Shown piece by piece: positions 43,545 through 58,365 of a stretch of DNA of 64,000 bases (position 1 is its first letter; each line of letters starts with the position of its first letter). This DNA is from the human T2T-CHM13v2.0 reference genome, Homo sapiens. The stretch is from NCBI RefSeq assembly GCF_009914755.1, contig NC_060926.1. The stretch is one strand, 5' to 3'. The notes below the pieces were generated by a model that saw only the letters and a program-made list of their open reading frames with translations, was not told the origin of the DNA and ran no database searches. A program made the position numbers and the translations under genes.

Positions 43545-44065
43545 TTATCCAGGAGAACTTCCCCAATCTAGCAAGGCAGGGCAACGTTCAGATTCAGGAA
43601 ATACAGAGAACGCCACAAAGATACTCCTCGAGAAGTGCACCAAGACACATAATTGTCAGATTCACCAAAGTTGAAATGAAGCAAAAAATGTTAAGGGCAG
43701 CCAGGGAGAAAGATCGGGTTACCCACAAAGGGAAGCCCATCAGACTAACAGCGGATCTCTCAGCAGAAACTCTACAAGCCAGAAGAGAGTGGGGGCCAAT
43801 ATTCAACATTCTTAAAGAAAAGAATTTTCAACCCAGAATTTCATATCCAGCCAAACTAAGCTTCATAAGTGAAGGAGAAACAAAATACTTTACAGACAAG
43901 CAAATGCTGAGAGATTTTGTCACCACCAGGCCTGCCCTAAAAGAGCTCCTGAAGGAAGCACTAAACATGGAAAGGAACAACCGGTACCAGCCGCTGCAAA
44001 ATCATGCCAAATTGTAAAGACCATGAAGGCTAGGAAGAAACTGCATCAACTAACAAGCAAAATAA

Positions 44066-45641
<1,576 letters not shown>

Positions 45642-46769
45642 TAGTACAAACACCTCTACGCAAATAAAATAGAAAATCTAGAAGAAATATTTTGAGGTTT
45701 CTTAAGGTGTTTAGCTGCAGATTTCCAATCAATAGCTGAATATTTAGATTTGAAACCTAGTAAAATGCTCAGTACTATCCAGACTGCATTGGAACTAAAA
45801 AGGTGAACTATTTCAACTGATACTAGTTTTTATAGTATGTCAGAAGTAACTCATTTCTAACACTTAAAGTATACTGTAAAATAATTATTTAATTAACTAT
45901 TAAGGTATTCATATGTATATGCACACACATATACCAATATACACATTATATTTATACACCTATATATTTAAAACCAATGTATAGATCATATATGTAATAT
46001 ATATTACATGTGTTATATTTTGAAGAATATATGTGTCTTTTATGAGAAAAGGCACTTTGAGTTTCAACTCATTGATATAGAAGCAGGTTTTCTTAATCTT
46101 TAAGATTGGCCCTACCTATAATTTTATCAACTGCTTACAATACAAAATATAGAATTATCAATGATTGATGATGAAATTAGAAGTAGAGGTTCTAGTGATC
46201 TGAAAGATGGTGTTTTCACAATTTTCTTCCCTCACTGTCTTTCTCTTCCTTCCACGTGTGCATGCATACAACACAGTGTACTCAAAATCACCCATCTTCT
46301 AAGATGAAGAAGCTAAGGCATCTTCTATCAATTTTTGGAGAATGAAACATTCACTTGTATCTTGCCTGAGAGAATAATTACAAGTCAGTCTAAGATTGAA
46401 TTTGAAATTACCAAATGTTAGAGAAGAAAGAACTTTGTTCATTGGGTAGTCCTGCCTATCCTGTAGGATGAGCCACAGAGAGAGTATATGACTTTCCCAG
46501 CTTGATGGGGGACAAATCTATAAGTAGCATGAAGTCTCCAGGATCCCCACTGCTGTGTACATTCTGGCCACCTCAGTTCTCAGATTTTAGGGATAAAGTT
46601 GAAATTTCATCTGTGCCAACATAATTTTCCACACTTGTTAATTTTCTATACTTATTGACTAAAAGAAGAACTTAATATTTTTTTCTAGGTTGTCTGTTAT
46701 GCTAACAAATAGAAATGACATAGCAGTGGATAATTTGGTCTATTGTCTCCCCTTCTTAGGGAAATGTTG

Positions 46770-47074
46770 GGCTGGGTGCGGTGGCTCATGTCTGTAATAC
46801 TAGCACTTTGGGAGGCTGAGGCTGGTGGATCACGAGGTCAGGAGATCGAGACCATCCTGGCCAACATGGTGAAACCCCATCTCTACTAAAATACAAAAAA
46901 TTAGCCGGGCGTGGTGGTGCACACCTGTAGTCACCACTACTTGGGAGGCTGAGGCAGGAGATTGCCTGAACCTGGGAGGCAGAGATTGCAGTGAGCCAAG
47001 ATCGCACCATGGCACTCCAGCCTGGTGAGAGCAAGACTCCATCTCAAAAAAAAAAGAAAAAAAAGAAAAAAAAA
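46770..47074 (+). mobile_element. AluSc-like
   Basis: GATCACGAGGTCAGGAGATCGAGACCATCCTGGCCAACATGG, CCAGCCTGGTGA (missing one G), A-rich tail. Confidence 0.9.
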
Positions 47075-48064
47075 ATTAGCCTACCCAATCTCATAACAAG
47101 TAGAATCGAGTTAATTAAGTTTTTTTCTTCGATGTTTGCCAATTTAGTCTTATTGACCATAAGTTGTTTTGGTTTGGATTTTAGTTTTAAGAATTGCATT
47201 CATTGAATTAAATTCATAGTTGCAAGTTTCTTACAGTAGCCTTTAAAATCACTGTTGAGTCACTCTGTAGATGATGTGACCCAGATTAATTATAATTTGA
47301 ATGATTAAAAAGAGAAAATCCTGGATCAGGACCCAGCATCATTCCTAATGTGCACACACACAAATACACATTCTAAATATATCCTCAATATGGAATGTTT
47401 TTATATTTTGTTAGCCTGAAATCACCATATTTTAAACCACTGATAGTTTAAAGAAAAAAACCTCTCCCTCCTTTACTGTCTTTTTCCCACATCTCTGCAT
47501 GAACATCACTGATTGTGAAATCTGTGGAACAATGTTCTGTTTTTTTTGTGTGTGTGTGGTGTCACGTAGAGAAAACACTTGAGCAACTCAAGAACAATAG
47601 ATATTCATTAGAAAAATCCATCAGAGAAATCAATGGTATTTTGAGTTTCACTGAGGACAAATGCAAATACATTGAACATACCATATGATCAGAGTAATCA
47701 CCAAGCTAGCAGGGATGATGATATAAACTGTATTAAAGTGAGTATAGCTAAGACATGGGCATTTCCTAACCATTAGTAATTGGCCACTAGAATTCATTCA
47801 GCATGCAAAGGATACCCATTAAGTCTCAAATAAGAGCAAGCGACTTTTGGTCATGCTTGATAAGACAGTGACTCTTCAGAACTTTCTTTTTGATGGTGTA
47901 GAATCCAAAGTGAAAATATTAATTATGTTTTTACATTGATGACACTTCCCTGTTTAAATACACAAAGACCATATCTAAAAAAATCGATTCCTAATAATGT
48001 TAGAAAGTGAGATAAGTTAAATATTTTCATAGGGTGCAGCTGGAGCTTTAAAAGTTACTTTTTT

Positions 48065-48293
48065 CTTTTTTTAATTAGACATTATTTTTAAGGCAGTTTT
48101 AGATTCACAGCAAAGTTGAGCAGAAGGTACAGAGATTTCCCATATAGCCTCAGCCCCTGCACATACATCATGGTCTACCCAACTGTCAACATCCCCCATC
48201 AGAGTGCTACATTTTTTACAGCTGGTGAAACTACATTGACACAAATTATCAGGCAAAATCTATAGTTTACATTAGGGTTCACTCTTGGTGTTA
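48065..48293 (-). mobile_element. L1MC-type 3' terminal fragment
   Basis: GCAGTTTTAGATTCACAGCAAAGTTGAGCAGAAGGTACAGAGATTTCCCATATA...ATAGTTTACATTAGGGTTCACTCTTGGTGTT. Confidence 0.8.
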
Positions 48294-50189
48294 TTTATTT
48301 TTGTCACTCAGAAATGCCAGCTGAAGCATTGTTGTAGGAAAAGTGATAACTTTGCTAATCCTGTATATGAAAGTTTATCCTACTAGGGTCTGAGGGTCCC
48401 AGGGGTAATGGACATAGTCTAGAAAGTCCATAAGTTGTCCAAAAAAATCTTTGCATGTATGCATTAATGAATATATTTTAATTACAAAGACAATTGTTAG
48501 AAAAATAATAAATTCAAGCATGTTGTGGATTATCCAAATAACCAGATTTTATCCAAACATGGTTTTTCGAAACCTTCGTTTACATTTGTGTGTTTGGTCA
48601 CATTAGTAACAATCACTTGAAAGGTTTATTTTAAAATCTGAATCTGAGTTCCATAGACTAATGAAGGTTTATAGAGTTATTTATGTGAACCCGTATTTTT
48701 AGATTAGAGACACATTGACCCAAGGGTGAGTAATTTCCATGTGTCTAATGACACTGTGCAATGAAACTATAACCTCTTAACCAAACAAAGATTGGCTTTT
48801 TCAGTTAACTCTTGAAGGAAACACGTCTCCCTAACATACACACAGCTGTGTGTATACAAAAGAAATCGTTCCTTTTTTCCCCTTAGCTAGATTTGAAATG
48901 AGGGAAATGTGAAGAGGGATAAAAAGGAAATACATTCACCTTTGTGAATTGATCATGGAAAAGACTATCAGGAATTATAGGTGTGGCCAACGTTTTTGAT
49001 GGTACTATTACTATGTTTTTGATAGAACTATTACTATTTCTGAATTTGCCCATTAATCTGGGTTTACATAACACAAACTAGAAAACATATATTAAATCAA
49101 GTCATGTGCTTAATTGTATTTATATGATACCAAGCCACATAGTTAACTTTTACTCCCTTCATCTCAATATTTTTAGCTAAATGGACTAGTATTCCGTCAT
49201 CATGTGGAGAGAGGTTTAGATTGGGGTTGGCCCAAAGGCTGAGCTGTTGACAAATGTCTTCATACCAGGATGCTAGAAGCCAGTTTACTGTGTTGGCCAC
49301 AACTCTGAGCCAAGACCTGTTTCATGCTACACATGTTGAAATCATTCCAGTTCCTTTTAAAAAGATTTATGTCTTCCCCACTATTAGTGTCAATTGAAAG
49401 AAAGTTAAGCCATTTAAGAGGACAAATTGGGAAAAAAAATTCTGGAAAGAGATGAATTAAATTGTTCCTAGTTTAGTGTATAGCTCCATCAGTTTCTAGA
49501 TTGTTTATAGTATTCGATATGTCATGATTTTCTGATTTTATTAAACCATCAGTGATGTGTTGGTCTTTGAAAAATGTAGAGCAATTCTTTTTCTTATTTT
49601 TTTTTTCTTGAAGAGTACTACTACTAATCTGGTTTTGGTTTGAGCTAATCTTTGCATCTCAATAAGGAATACAAGAGCAATCTCTTGATTAGCTCTATTT
49701 TCAACTAAATTCATTCTTTACGGTTTTACATTTAACCCTGAACTCCTTTTCTGCTTCTTTAGGTTACAGTACTTCAAAGCAAGGGAAATGAAACTCCATT
49801 TGCCTACTTTCTGAACAAGTTCCAAACCCACTTAGGGAAAGCTTGCTTACTACCATTTTATAACTACAAAATGACAAATTTAAGTTTTGAGACTCCTTTT
49901 TCTTTCCATCTTATACCTATTTTCCAGATTCAACATCCCTACCCACTCATTATCAATTATATACATGTGCCTGCTAGGAGTCTCTTACCATGCCTCTCCT
50001 ATTTAGGCTTATTAATCTCCACACCTCTACTTTTGTGTCAACTATACCAACTCTAGAGAAGAAATCATCTCAATTGAAACAAGTTGTACTGTGGTATAAG
50101 TAGGTAATAACTGGTAGATGTAGTATTCTCATCTGCCCTCAATACTTTTCCTTGCCAAAGAAACATCTGTAATTCAAGGTTAGTAAAGA

Positions 50190-50390
50190 GGAGGTAGATA
50201 GGTTTAATGAAAAGAGCTTGAGCTTTAGAATCAAGAAGACTTGTGTAGACATTCTGGGCCCCATTTATTCCTCCTCTATAAAAAGGTATAAAACAATGGT
50301 TACTTTTTAGGAATTCTGCCACAATTGAATTAGATGATTTATCTAAAGCACCACACATAGTATTTGGCATAAATTAGCGCGTTAATAAAT
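50190..50390. mobile_element. MIR
   Basis: GAGCTTTAGAATCAAGAAGAC...TTCCTCCTCTATAAAA...TAAAGCACCACACATAGTATTTGGCATA. Confidence 0.55.
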
Positions 50391-50465
50391 AACACAAGAA
50401 CTTAGCACTTAAAACATGATACAATTTCAAGTATTATTAGCAATAAACTAAGAAAAGTATCTTTG

Positions 50466-50879
<414 letters not shown>

Positions 50880-53800
50880 TTACAGGAAGTTAGATACTGC
50901 ATTTACTGAAGACGTTTCTTTATAGTTTTAACAATTGCTTTCTCTAACCCTTTGTAGAGTGGGTTTTATTATTTTGGCCACAAAGAGGCAGGTTAAATGT
51001 CAGTAAGAGATTAACTTTATTATATGTAATCCAAGAACATTCTGAGGCTAATGACCTGCAATGCAGCTGTCTTCTGTTGTCCTAAGAGCCAAGTCCTGCT
51101 ACTCCCTGCCTGCACTTCTTACTTTACACACTCGTACGGTGACACAAGAGAGGGCACTCATGGCGCACAACTTCCACCACAAGGAAAGTCTATTATCATC
51201 TTCAAGTAAAAGAATGCCTGGTGGTAAAGGTTAGCTCGTGAGTCCAATTTTACCTTTGGTTTATGCACTGGAGAGAAACAAAGCCACTGCAGATATAAGC
51301 CAAGTTGCTGACAACCTTTAAGTCTGCAGTCTTCTAAAATGCAGATGAGAGAAAAGCAACATAATGTAAATGTGTTATCCCCTGCTCCTATTTTCTTTAT
51401 TTAATTTTTTATTCTTTCATTTTCATCAGATGTATTTTAAGAAGAGTGATGCCAATCCAAGGGGAAACGTACCTAGCCCTGGATATGATACCCTTTGTGT
51501 CGTTTGGAAAGTGATGCTGTTAATACCTCAGTTGAAATCTTCACATCTCATAGTACATTACCTATTTTTATATGAAATCAGCTGCTTCATAATTAAATTT
51601 GATGCATGACATTTTTGAATGTAAAATTTTACTAGTAAATAAATTGAACAATAGCATATCATTTTCCCAGGAAATCAATCTTCCTGCCTCTTGATTAACC
51701 AAAATGCATGAAAGGAGAGCATTCATTATTAAATTTTAAAGCTGTGGTTAACAGAAAGTTACTAATTTAATCTTTCCTGTGGAAAATAGCTTACAATTTA
51801 TTAGTCTGCCTCACAGCCTTATTAATAGAGCATAGTATGCTGAATGAAATAAATGGACTCTTCTCTGATGATCAGACCCCCTCTATTTCCTTAACATCTT
51901 CATTTTTATAAATGAGAGTACAGTAGATCAAGATTCATAAGATTCAGGAGAGCAGACTATATCAACTAAAAAAAATTCCTTGGAATTTACTCCTTTAAAA
52001 AATAAATTAGCATTTATTGCCAGATTTTTTTCTAATGTATTTCTTTCTGAGAGTCAAGGACAGAAAAAAAGAAATAAAGATGATAGTTAGCTGAGATCCT
52101 GTACCCTAGTCAGAAATGAGCCTGTGATCATGTGACACATGGATATTTCTGTGTTCCATTTTCCTGTGCTTTGTAAGGATCTATTCCAGCAAGCAGAACC
52201 AACATGGCAATCTCATATTTCTTAGGAAGCATTTATTAAACTCACCAGACCATCTCTGCCTACCACACTCTTACTCTTATTGAATGTTTTTATTACCTTA
52301 CATCTACTTTTAACTTCTTCATTTTCCTGCTACCATTTTTTATATCAAGAGAAAGTTTAACTTCCCTGACTTTGTAACCATGGCCCTTTGTGATCTGGTG
52401 CTATGCCTCTACGGACACCCCTCTCCCAGTCATCTAGAATTACATGCAAACATCTTTTCTTTCCCACAAACAGTATACTTTCATTCTCATTCTGCCAACT
52501 CAATCCATGTATCCATTCTCTACCTCTGTAACTCCTACACATGCTTTAATACCCATATTTTGTATCACCTTCTCTAAGAATGCTGCCTTGATTACCATCT
52601 CTACCCCACACCACACAGAGTGCTACTTTCCATTTTCCTGGCATGCTGGGATTCCTTCTCTCACTCATTACTTACCACAGTCTAATTGTTTGTTGTTTGT
52701 CTGTTTCTCTCTATGGTAGGTAGAATCCTTTGCACAGTGCTAAGTATTGTGTATTCAAAATGTTATTTCAGCCAATTTGGATTATTTTTTTTCTATTTAG
52801 TGGTTCCTGATGAAAATGCATAATAACTTTAATAAATATACTATTTAAAATTAAATAATACCCAGGAAAAACTGGCAGGTTTAATATTTCCTATAGCCTG
52901 ACAATAAGGCAATAGGCCCTTTGCCTTTTCTTCTTTCTGTTCCTTAAAAGCAGCTATCTTCTGATCTCTAGCTGTTATAGCCACTTTACCCACCTGAACG
53001 CTTTTCGCTTGTTGGTATTGGCAGAAAATTAGATCTTAACTCCCTCAATCTATCACCCATAGTAATTCCAAAATCCAGGGAGGTCTACCCTGGGGTTTAC
53101 ACCCTCAGTCTTACGGAAGTGTTCTTCTCAATGCAAATAGCCACTTCCAAGGGTAAAATTTCATCGCCCCAAGGATTATCTTGGGAGGGACTCTAGAGTG
53201 AGTAAGTTAGTAATTTAAAAGACCCAACACTCATCTCTCATTAACCATCCAAATGATTGGTGCAAGAGCCTGCTGACAGGTCCCAAGTATCCAACTGCCT
53301 CTCAGCCTCTCCAAATTCCCCCTTATCCCATACATTTCTGAGCAGTGAGTGGTTACACAACAAAAAGGGACTGTTCCCATGATTATTTTCAAAACAAGGT
53401 AGTTCTGCTCCAATAGAGCTTTGATATTTGTAGTGGGACAAAATATATGCCTCTTAACTTTTCAATGACATATTCTGCCAAAACTAGCAATCAAAACTCC
53501 AGTTCTACCCCCCTGGCAAGCCCGCTAAATTTATTGGCCAATTTTATTTTCTACAAATAATACAGAATTTTTATTTTTCATATTAAAAAATAAAAGTCAA
53601 AAATTTTATTTCTAGTGAATCACATCTCAATTTAGACTCAATTATTGGGGTCTTTATCTGTTTTACTGAGTTTTTAAAATAGCATGGGCTCCAAATCAGA
53701 GTCACAAAAATTTAAGAGAGAAAATTTTGAAATTGGTGAGTGTAGTTTGAGCCATCCTTTGAAATTCTGCAAGTAGAGATATATCAAAGAAAGTTACATT

Positions 53801-54810
53801 TTTAAAGCTACCAAAGACTTACAAGCTCAGTTAATGAGCCCTCTCATTTTGCAAGCGATGAGTAGATTCCAGGTCCAATGCTCTTAGCTGACTTTCCTAA
53901 GGTCTCCTACGGCCAAAGACTGATAGACTTGGACTACAGCTGGCCTTCTGATGACCAGATTAATGTACTTTTCCCTCCAGGCAATCCAGCACTTTGTACA
54001 TTTTAAAGATAAACTTAAAATCTAGGCATGTTAATATGCGCTCTTATCCCAAATTTTGTCCCCTCCCAATAATGGGCCTATTTTCTACCTCTTTGAGTCC
54101 TTTTTGTTTTGTGTGCGTTTTTTTAGACTCTCAAATGTATAGCCAGCTTTTATTATGTGCAGATTTCTCTCATACAGCAAGCTCTTTTAAGTTATTACCA
54201 GTATAATTACCATTGCATCAATAATTTCTCTCCTTCAACTGCACGTTTAAAAACCACGGGCAATATTTGCTCTCTTTTGGCAGCATAAATCTCTGATCCA
54301 TTTATTTATAAGATAAACTCTTGTAATTGGAAGGATTCTAAAGTGATCATTATGTTGTAAATACCTCATGAGTAGAGGCAGTTTACAAAATGGATTTAAT
54401 TTCTTTCTGTAGAGTTGTGACTTCTCATTAACTTTTTTCATAAAGATAATTTTTAATTCAGGCATAATTTTTTGAGTGCCTATCATGTGCCCGGTCTTAG
54501 AGATACGGAAATTCACATACACAGAGGTTACCCTTGAGGAGTTCCAATCATCTAGTTCGTGTAGTCTGCTAGGGTCAGCAAATTGCAGAAGTGGAAGGCA
54601 AATGTGATTCTTTGTATGTCCATTCTTTCTATTCTGCAGAGAATAGTCATAATTTTTATTTGGTCCTCTAAGGGATTGTAATTCAAAACAGGGTTAATAA
54701 ATACTACTAATTCAGCCTAACCTTTTTCTAAATTGTAATATGCAGGCAAAGACTTCCAGAAAGATTGGTAGTTACTTTTTTAGGCTTCTTATGAATGAAA
54801 TTCTACATAG

Positions 54811-54860
54811 ACACACATACAACACATACACAACACACACACAGACACACACACACACAC
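54811..54860. repeat. Imperfect (CA)n microsatellite
   Basis: ACACACATACAACACATACACAACACACACACAGACACACACACACACAC. Confidence 0.85.
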
Positions 54861-55177
54861 TAGATCTCACTTTAATCCTCTTTTTCTTGTTAAAGAAAAT
54901 AACATTCTGTTGATTAACATTGATGGTAAGATAACTTTTAATATAATTAACTTTTCTTTCAACTACAGTCTGGTAAAATAATCGTAGACCTTAAAAACAT
55001 TTCACATGACCCTAATTTTTTCAACTTGTTAGTAAACTATGTAGGTCTTCCCTGAAATCTATATTATCTATGATGATTTTAGCCAAAATCCTCCCTGCCT
55101 TGTTTTGAGACTAGACCCACTTCCAAATGTACCAATTGCATACAAGCTTTCCAAGATAGAATATAGCCAAATTAAGA

Positions 55178-55263
55178 ATATATATGTATCAAACATATAA
55201 TTATACATACATATCTGTATATATATATGTATGTGTGTGTGTGTGTTATGTGTGTGTGTGTGT
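55178..55263. repeat. (TA)n/(TG)n compound microsatellite
   Basis: Seen directly in the sequence. Confidence 0.8.
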
Positions 55264-58149
55264 ATTTCCCCAATGAAGAATTTCCTCTCGCATATGGATA
55301 AAAATACTTCATTTCTTTGAAAACATCTCTGACAGCAGTATAACTTAATTTCAACTGGCAGACTGTTGACTAAAATTACCCTCATGAAATAAAAGCATTA
55401 TTAAATGACAGAAAGGTTTCTTAACTCCTTCATTGGCTCACATTTTTAAAGTCCCACATATGTAACTTTAAGAGGGTAAACTAATATTGGTTTTCATGGA
55501 GTGCTTGTTTCTTTTAAGGCTCAAAAACCCCAAGGAAATATTTTTCTATTAAAATGAAGCGAAGTGTAACCTTCCTGCCGAGAACTTATATTTGATGATC
55601 ATTTACTTTCCTCACAATGCTGGACACTAAACACTATACAAGGACTTGTGGCACCTCAGCACGCTGGCTCTACCACCATTGCATATTAAATAATCCAAGG
55701 CATATGGAACTTTCCCGTATATAAAATGGTACTACAACAGCTAATAAATTTGGTGATTTCTAGTGATCTGTTAAATATGTTCAGATAAGTGTGAAATTAA
55801 ATTAATCTATGGATTGTTGTATCTTCTATTTCTCTTCATTAAGGATGTATTTATTGAGCTCCCCATCATGTGCCAAGATACCGTGTTAGGCACAAGAAAT
55901 AAAAGATGAATTAAGACTGTTTAGGTCAGTATATCACATCTCTGTAGGAGGGACAGTAAAGTCTTTTTTTTTTTTCATGTGGAAAGTATATTATCATGAT
56001 TTAGACAATTGAATTGATTTCATAATCAAGTAGTTCTGAAACTTGGCTGTGCGTCTTACTTCGTAATTCCCTATCCTTAAATGAAAGCATCTGACCCAGT
56101 GATTTTATATGTCTTCTTAAATCAAATGATCTAGAACAGCTTCATCCACCAATCCTAACCTAAGCTTCAGAGTCTACTGGCCAGGGAACCATCTTTGGAT
56201 CTATTGGATGGGGGTATTTTTTTTTTATTGTTGAAGAGAGAATGGAATCTGGGGGTAGGGGAGCTCTTAATTGTTGGTTGGTTGTGTTGTAGTCACCCAT
56301 GGCAATCCTTCATCCAGTAAGAAACAAAAGAGAAAGGGAGAAGGGGTAGGAATTGGCCCTTTGGACTAATTATAAGAGGGGAGAGAGGTGTTATATTGTG
56401 ACAACATTATCTTCATGGTAGCCCTTCCAAAACCCTGAGAGAGCAGAGGCCTAAGTGAGAGTGAGCTGCCTCATGCTGAAGAAGGGAATACCTCCCCACT
56501 TTTTTCAGGAATCTCATGGAGACCTTTGGAAGATCAGAGGCAGGTTGCTCCCTTGCCATGGATATGGGCATTGTCACCAGGACTACTAGCAGGGGCAATA
56601 CTGAGTCTCCCTCAGGAAGTGGGCAAGGAGGTACAGGATCTCCCTTACGTAATGGTGATGGAGAGCCTGAGTCACAGGCATCTTTGGGCCCCTGTTCAGA
56701 ACCACCGGAAAACTCAGGGTAGGCTGTGTGCCTCTTGCAGGAGAAGGGTAAGTGTGGTAGTCGCCTGTAAGTAGATGAGGCAAGATCAGAAAAATCTCAA
56801 TTATTGGTGAAATGTGACCAATTATATTTAGTGAAGTACAGAGGACATTTGCTTCTTCCATCTATTCTATTACAGTGTACAGTTCCTCTTTTAGTCTCAA
56901 TGGTTCATTGTAAATCTAAAATAGTATACAGATTGCAGGGACTTGTCTAACCTGCAGAATTTTGTGAAACTTTAAATATATCTTGGTACTTACAGAAAAA
57001 AAAATGTGTATGGATATTTTCAGCCTGGCTGAAGCCCTAATACCATCATATCAATGCTTGCATAAGCAAAGTAACAAAATAATTTTCCCATTGCAACATT
57101 TCGTTATGTTCCCATTCCTCAAATTTTGCACCTACTCCCAGTTTTGCTTTGGGTGATCCATCTCATCTTCTACTTTTGATCTCTTGACATCTATGGCAAA
57201 GAGTACTAGCCTTTCAACACTGAAAGGTTTTCATAAGATTCATCTGAATCTTTATCTCTAAAAAGCATCGAATTGCTTAAGTTCTCACCAATGGATATGA
57301 GACATGACAATACTGAAGCTCCTTCAATTGGCTTCGTGAACAGAGCTATCAACAATGGGGAACATGAGCTGGAGCAGAAGAGGGCAGACTGAGACATACC
57401 ATATGGTGGCTGTAGCTGAAAGCCAAATGCATGAGTGCACACACATACACACCAGAGGACTATCAGGAATTCTTGGAGGAGAAACACATCTCATGAGGGC
57501 AGGCAATACAGTCTAATCTGGAATCAATGAGGAGCATATTGAAACTATATAAATCCTGGAGGAAAAGATAAAGATAAAATATTCTACATTAAAAGGAATG
57601 CAGATTAGAAGAAATATAGGATGATAAAGGACTATAGCAGTATGTAATCCTTGACAATACAGGAAAAAATGACAAAACCATATGTTTCAAGACACCCCAC
57701 TGTTTATACATGGAGTTCAGACAACAACCCCCCAATTCCAATCAAAGGCTCCTCTTTCCTTGAAAAACCATCACTATTTAAATCCTGACCTAATTAAAAT
57801 ACCCACTTTGATATATCAGAATAAAGAACTGAATATTGAGTAATGAAACCTATCTGAGTGCATAAGATTAAATGATATTGTAACAACTCAAGCTAAGTAT
57901 AGAAGTTGAATCTAAGGTTCAATCTACCACAGGAAAAACAAATTAAAGCAATTATTTGAATAATTCAGAAACATGTTTTTTTGACTCAGTAGCAAAGATC
58001 TAGACATTTTAGACATGCGTAGTCAGGCTAACGGCCCTGCTGTCATTGCAGTTTAACATGTGCTGCAGTTTGTTCTAAAATTTAGCCTTTCCAGTGCCTA
58101 GAGGGTTGACACACCAACAAAGAAAATGAGGCAAATTAGGAAGGTCTAA

Positions 58150-58365
58150 ATTATAAGTCAGGCACACTTATGTTTACTTTCCAGCCGTATCACTTACCAC
58201 CAGTGCAACCCTGACAGTCATTTAACGCTCTGTGAAGCTATCTTTTAAATCGTAAAATGAACATACTAATATGTATGTCAAGTGTTTCTGTGAGAATCAA
58301 ATGAAATGATATGTGTGTAGCTCCTAATATGGAATCTGACATCCAGTAAGCACTCATTGCTATAT
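58150..58365. mobile_element. MIR
   Basis: CACTTACCACCAGTG..AGTCATTTAAC..GTAAAATG..TGTGAGAATCAAATGAAATGATATGTGT..AGTAAGCACTCA. Confidence 0.65.
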
